Part shown: one piece after another, positions 59,173 to 64,000 of the stretch
How the letters are laid out: every line of letters begins with the position of its first letter
How positions within the stretch are numbered: position 1 is the first letter of the stretch
Source: Eledone cirrhosa
Taxonomy: Eukaryota
Assembly (NCBI GenBank): GCA_964016885.1
Contig: OZ024743.1
Coordinates: 301,258,001 to 301,322,000 of the forward strand
DNA: 64,000 bases
Reading direction: 5' to 3'
Program-made: the position numbers and the translations under genes
The notes under the pieces: generated by a model
What the model was told of the DNA's origin: nothing
The model's input: only the letters and a program-made list of their open reading frames with translations
The model's database searches: none

Positions 59173-62100
59173 CCGTCTACAGCGTGATGGTGCCACGCTA
59201 AAAAGACCGGTGGTTATGTAACCATAAATTCACCATTCCTTGATATGAGTGTTTAAATGTCCAACCTAATCAGTTCGAATAACGGTGAAAAGTAGACTGA
59301 AACGTCATGTGACAGACTCTCACCCAACAAGTGCTCCCTGACCCAGCAGCAGGGACCTCACTGTCATCCAAATACTGCTGCTGTTGGAGGAAGAAGTAGG
59401 ATGGGACAAGAACCAACTGGACGAAAGATTTGAAGAGAACTGTCATGAAGAGTAACCCCATGGAACACGGCTATAGGAAACGGATGCATAACATCTGGAA
59501 CGAGATTGGTCTATTTAAATTAGGTGAAGAAAGATTGTCCGGACAGGCTCCTGTAATAAGAACTACTGGATGGATAAGCGAGTTGGAACTGGAGGAACTG
59601 AGCAGAGAGATTAGGTTGGAAATGGAGAGTGGAGTATATCAGGCAAATGAGCCAGTGGGAAATGAAGGGGAAGAAGTTGAGAGACCTGAGGAAGCATCCG
59701 AAGCAGACAATGATCTGAATGCTGAAATAAATAACATCTGGAACAAAGATACGACCATTGAGGAGACGAATGCTGACGGGCTAGGGCAAGAGTTGGTTGA
59801 TATCCTGAAGTTAGTGGTAGATGAAATGAACAATGATAGTGGAAAACCTATGAACCAAAGATTTGAGGACAGGGAAAAGTTAAAAGAAACAACAGCTAAG
59901 CTAAACAAGGTCACCCCATACCTTGAGGCGAGGAATCTTCACCAATGCAACGATATCCTCAAAGCAACCGCAAATGTTGTGAGGAAATTACTTGGTATAA
60001 AAACGAGAGGAAACAACAAACAGAATAGATTAGAACCTTGGTGGAAGAAACGCTGAATGGTCAAATCAAGGAAATAAGAAAAGACATTGGAAAGTTTGAG
60101 TCTTTACTGAATGTGACATTACAAAACATAGACACTGAAGACAGATTGAAAATAAAATACAAAACTCGGGGCAAAGAGCTAAATGTTAACATAGGGGAAC
60201 TGAAGCAACGCATTGTAGCAAAAAGTGCAAAGATCAGGCGGTATGAGAATAGAGTTAGTCAGTATAGACAGAATCGCGTGTTTGACAACAGCCAGAAGAA
60301 GTTGTTTGAACAGCTTGAAGGTAAAGGAAGAGGCAACGAGGTGATCCCTGAGGCGGAATAGACTAAGTCATTCTGGAGAGGAATATGGGATCAGGATGTT
60401 GAACATAATAGTCAGGCAGTGTGGATTGAGACAGTTCAAAAGGAGATTAATGAACAAGCACACCAACAACATGATTTGAGTATCACAATTGAAAGTCTTA
60501 AAGGGCGGGCCAAAAATCTAACAAACTGGAAATCACCAAGCCCAGCCGGTGTGCAAGGATATTGGATTAAAAAATATAACATCTCTTCACCCGAAACTGA
60601 CAACCATGTTCAATGGCTGCTTGATGTCGGCTGAAGTACCACAGTGGTTGACAAAAGGTACCATAGTTCTGGTAATGAAAGACCGAATCAAGGGTAATGA
60701 TGTTACCAACTATAGACCTATCATATGTCTGTCCGTAATGTGGAAACTGTTAACAAGCATTGTCTGAGGAAATCTACTATCAACTCCACAATAAACAATT
60801 TGTTACCGGACGAAGAGAAAGGATGCCGACAGAAGTCCCGGGGAACAAAAGACCAGTTACTTATTGATAATATGTTTAAGAGGAATTGCAAGAGGAGGCA
60901 CACTGGTATTGCCAAGGAATGGATAGATTACAAAAAGGTATTCGACAGGGTACCACATTCTTTGGTAAACCAAAATCCTAGAGATCTTCAAGGTGGCAGA
61001 TAACATCAGACAGCTATTGAGTAAAAGTATGAAGTCCTGGTAAACAGAGTTAACATCAAGTGGAGAATCCTTGGGAAGCCTGGAGATCATGAGAGGTATC
61101 TTCCAGGTAGAAAGTTTGTCCCCTTTGTTGTTTGCCTTTGCCCTGATACGCCTGTCCGTGATATTGCGAAAAGTGAGGGCAGGATACAAGTTGGGAAGAG
61201 GAGAGCTTACCATCAACCGCCTCCTCTTCATGGACGATCTTAAACTCTTTGGGAAGAGTGAGAAGGAGTTGTATGTGCTTGTTGACACTGTCCGTATTTT
61301 CAGCAATGATATATATATCGAATTAGGTGTTAATAAGTGTGGAGTCCTAGTGATGAAGTTGGGCAAATTGAGCTGAAGCAACGGAATACATGTACCTAGA
61401 AGTGAGATGATATAGGAAATTGACACTGACGAGGGATACACATATTTAGGTTTCTGGAGGCAGATGATATCAAGAACAAAAAAATGAAGGAATTGGTAAG
61501 ATCTGATTATATAAGGAGAGTAAGGATCATATTAAAATCACATCTAAAGAGTAGGAATCTCATAAGTGCAGTAAATTCCCGAGCTGTGTCTATTATTAGA
61601 TACAGTGTGGGAATTCTGAAATGAAATGTTGCTGAACAAAAATAAATGGATAAGAAGACTATGAAGCTATTAACTATCTACAGCATGTTCCACAAGAGGG
61701 GTGATGTCGATAGACTCTACTTAAGGAGATCTGAAGGTGGAAGAGATGTTATCAGCATAGAGGAGTGTTCAGATGTCGAAAAACAACCTACACAAATACG
61801 TGACTGACAGTAGGGAGCCAATGCTCAGAATTGTACTGAAGAAGATTACAATAGACCAGCGGATGTCAAGGAGAAAATAACAACAAGCAGATAGAGCAAC
61901 CTTCATGAAAAATCCCTTCATTGTAGCTTCTTTGAGAAAACTGAATTTATAGATCCACAGACATGGAACTGGTTGAAAAGAGGAGACCTTAAAAAGGCTA
62001 CAGAAGGAATGCTAATGGCTGCGCAAGAGCAGGCCCTCAAAACGAAGTGGTTGAAACACCATATTTACAAGGGGAGGCTAGCCCACTGTGCAGGATCTGT

Positions 62101-62720
62101 GGAGAGAGAGAGAGGAGACAGTGGCTCACATTGTATCCGAGTGTAAACACCTAGCCCAGACTCACTATAAGGGCTGGAGACATGATGTGATGGGCAGGGT
62201 GATCCACAGGCACCTATGCTATGTAAACAATTTACCACATTCTGAGAAGTGGTATGAGCATAAGCCAGAGTCGGTGATAGAAAACGATCAGGTGAAGGTG
62301 CTGTGGGATTTTAGGATACAGGCGGACAAGAAAATGGAACACAATAGACGTGACCTTTTGGTTTTGGACAAGGAAAAAAGATTGTGCCTGAATGTGGATG
62401 TGACCTGCCCATTCGACACGAGAGTGCAAGAGAAGGAGAGGGAGAAAATTAACCGATACAGGACTTAAAGTGGGAGGTAAAAAGGATTTGGAACTGCCAT
62501 GAAGTCAAAGTGGTCCCGATTGTCATAGGCGCACTAGGTACTATCTCAAAAAATTTCCAGGGATGGTTAAAGAAAATTGGCCCCGCCACGCCTTTGGGAA
62601 CGCTTCAAAAGGCATGCTTTCTGGGAACAGCAAGAACCCTCCGATACGTCCTGAATATCTTAGGCTGTAGGTAGTGGATTTGATATTCATTTCAACAAAC
62701 TTTCCAGTTAACTAACATCA
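59173..62720 (+). mobile_element. Near full-length R4/Dong-clade LINE (RT + restriction-like endonuclease), multiple stops and frameshifts
   Basis: GYRKRMH..W..ELELEEL; NWKSP; NYRPI; WIDYKK.FD.VPHS; RGIFQ.ESLSPLLF; LLFMDDLKL; ETVAHIVSEC..RHD; KVLWDF.IQ.D..EHNRRDL..VDVTCP.D. Ends in (TAA)n. Confidence 0.92.
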
Positions 62721-62759
62721 ATGACTTAGACTCAAAGAACAATAATAATAATAATAATT

Positions 62760-62945
62760 GTTTCTACTTTTGGCACAAGGCCAGCAATTACCCAGTACAT
62801 TACTGGCACTTTATTTTATCGACCGCGTAAGGATGAAAGGCAAGGTTAACCTCGGCGAGATTTGAACTCAGAATGGCAAGGGCAGTAAATCTATGCGTCA
62901 AAGCATGGCGTCCAACCCTCTACCGATACTGCCAATTCACCGCCC
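62760..62945 (-). mobile_element. tRNA-derived SINE
   Basis: Full head-core-tail, reverse complement, between (TAA)n tracts. Confidence 0.88.
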
Positions 62946-62950
62946 TTAAA

Positions 62951-62982
<32 letters not shown>

Positions 62983-63005
62983 TAATAATAATAATAATAA
63001 TAATA

Positions 63006-63360
63006 CGTGCCTGATTGTGGATGTGGCCTGCCCGTTCGACACGAGAGTGCAAGAGAAGGAGAGGGAGAAAATTAACCGATACCAGGACCTAAAGTGGGAG
63101 GTGAAAAGGATTTGGAACTGCCATGAAGTCAAAGTGATCCCGATTGTCATAGGCGCACTGGGGACTATCTCCAAAGGTTTCCAGGGATGGTTAAAGAAAA
63201 TCGGCCCCTTCACGCTTTTTGGAACGCTTCAAAAGGCATGCTTGCTTGGAACGGCAAGAACCCTCCGATACGTCCTGAATATCTGAGGCTGCAGGTAGTG
63301 GCTTGATATTCAATCCAACGCACTTTCCAGTTAACCAACATCAATGACTGAGAATCAAGG
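63006..63360 (+). mobile_element. 5'-truncated R4/Dong-like copy (endonuclease C-terminus + 3'UTR)
   Basis: CLIVDVACPFD..EKINRYQDLKWEV..VIPIVIGALG..LQKACLLGTARTLR. Similar to 62385-62720. (TAA)n on both sides. Confidence 0.92.
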
Positions 63361-63397
63361 AATAACAATAACAATAATAATAATAATAATAATAATA

Positions 63398-64000
63398 GAG
63401 AAATTGGTAAGTCAACAATAGCTGCTAAATCAAGACAACCAAGGAGGAAGTGCAAGGATTCTGGGAAAAAATATGGGCCGAAATGCCCCATGGATAGATA
63501 GACAAATGAAAGATACAGCTCACCTTGAAGAAAAAATATTGGAAAATATAACAGTTGAACAGTTGCGTTTGGCTCTTAGAAAAAACAGCAAATGGAAATC
63601 CCAAGGAAAAGACAAAATACAACATATTTGGCTAAATGCCTTCACAGAGTCTCATGAGCTGTTAGCCCAACTTTACAATGAAATAGTTAAGGAGCCAGAA
63701 AAGATACCATCATGGCTAGTTAACGGCCTTACATTCCTGCTTCCGAAGAATGATGAGACAAACGATCCCAAAAATTACAGACCGATAACTTGCTTGACCA
63801 CAATGTATAACATTTTAACATCAGTCCTAACTGAATATACATATGACCACCTGATAACAAATGACCTATTTCCCATTGAGCAGAAAGCGTGTAAACGTGG
63901 CTCATATGGCTTTAAGGATCAGCATTTTGTTAACAAAATGATACTGGAAGATTGTCATAATAGACACAAAAATCTATCAATTGCTTGGATAGATTATAAG
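63398..64000 (+). mobile_element. Different R4/Dong-like LINE, RT region running off the window
   Basis: WKSQGKDKIQHIWL..PSWLVNGLTFLLPK..DPKNYRPITCL..EQKACKRGSYG.KDQ..NLSIAWIDYK. Confidence 0.88.

Noticed and set aside
59173-59400. HDV-like ribozyme in the R4/Dong 5' leader
   Set aside because: Hairpins are present but I could not assemble the nested double pseudoknot by eye. It needs a descriptor search.

Overview
Eukaryotic, very AT-rich DNA with no recognisable host exon. The tRNA-derived SINE family suggests an octopod or other cephalopod (inference). Almost all non-microsatellite sequence is transposon-derived. There are five Penelope-like retroelements (PLEs) of the MGSxDxA / YRDD / CxC-CPL / GIY-YIG type (resembling the Hydra clade), several other PLE fragments, many short non-autonomous PLE derivatives, a non-autonomous Helitron, R4/Dong-type LINEs in (TAA)n tracts, RTE fragments and SINEs. 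The main signal the ORF track misses is RNA-level. Reading by eye I find about 30 type-I hammerhead ribozyme (HHR) motifs, intact or decayed, from more than 10 families inserted in (TA)n. They include retrozyme-like tandem units (428, 480, about 527 and 629 nt), recurrent non-canonical catalytic cores (CCGAAGA, UUGAGAA, CAGAAGA) and family-specific palindromic stem III sequences. Inverted-end insertions also follow a recurring rule: one short end and one end extended by about 80-170 nt. Most short ORFs in the track are microsatellite artefacts. All structures were paired by hand and none was computed.
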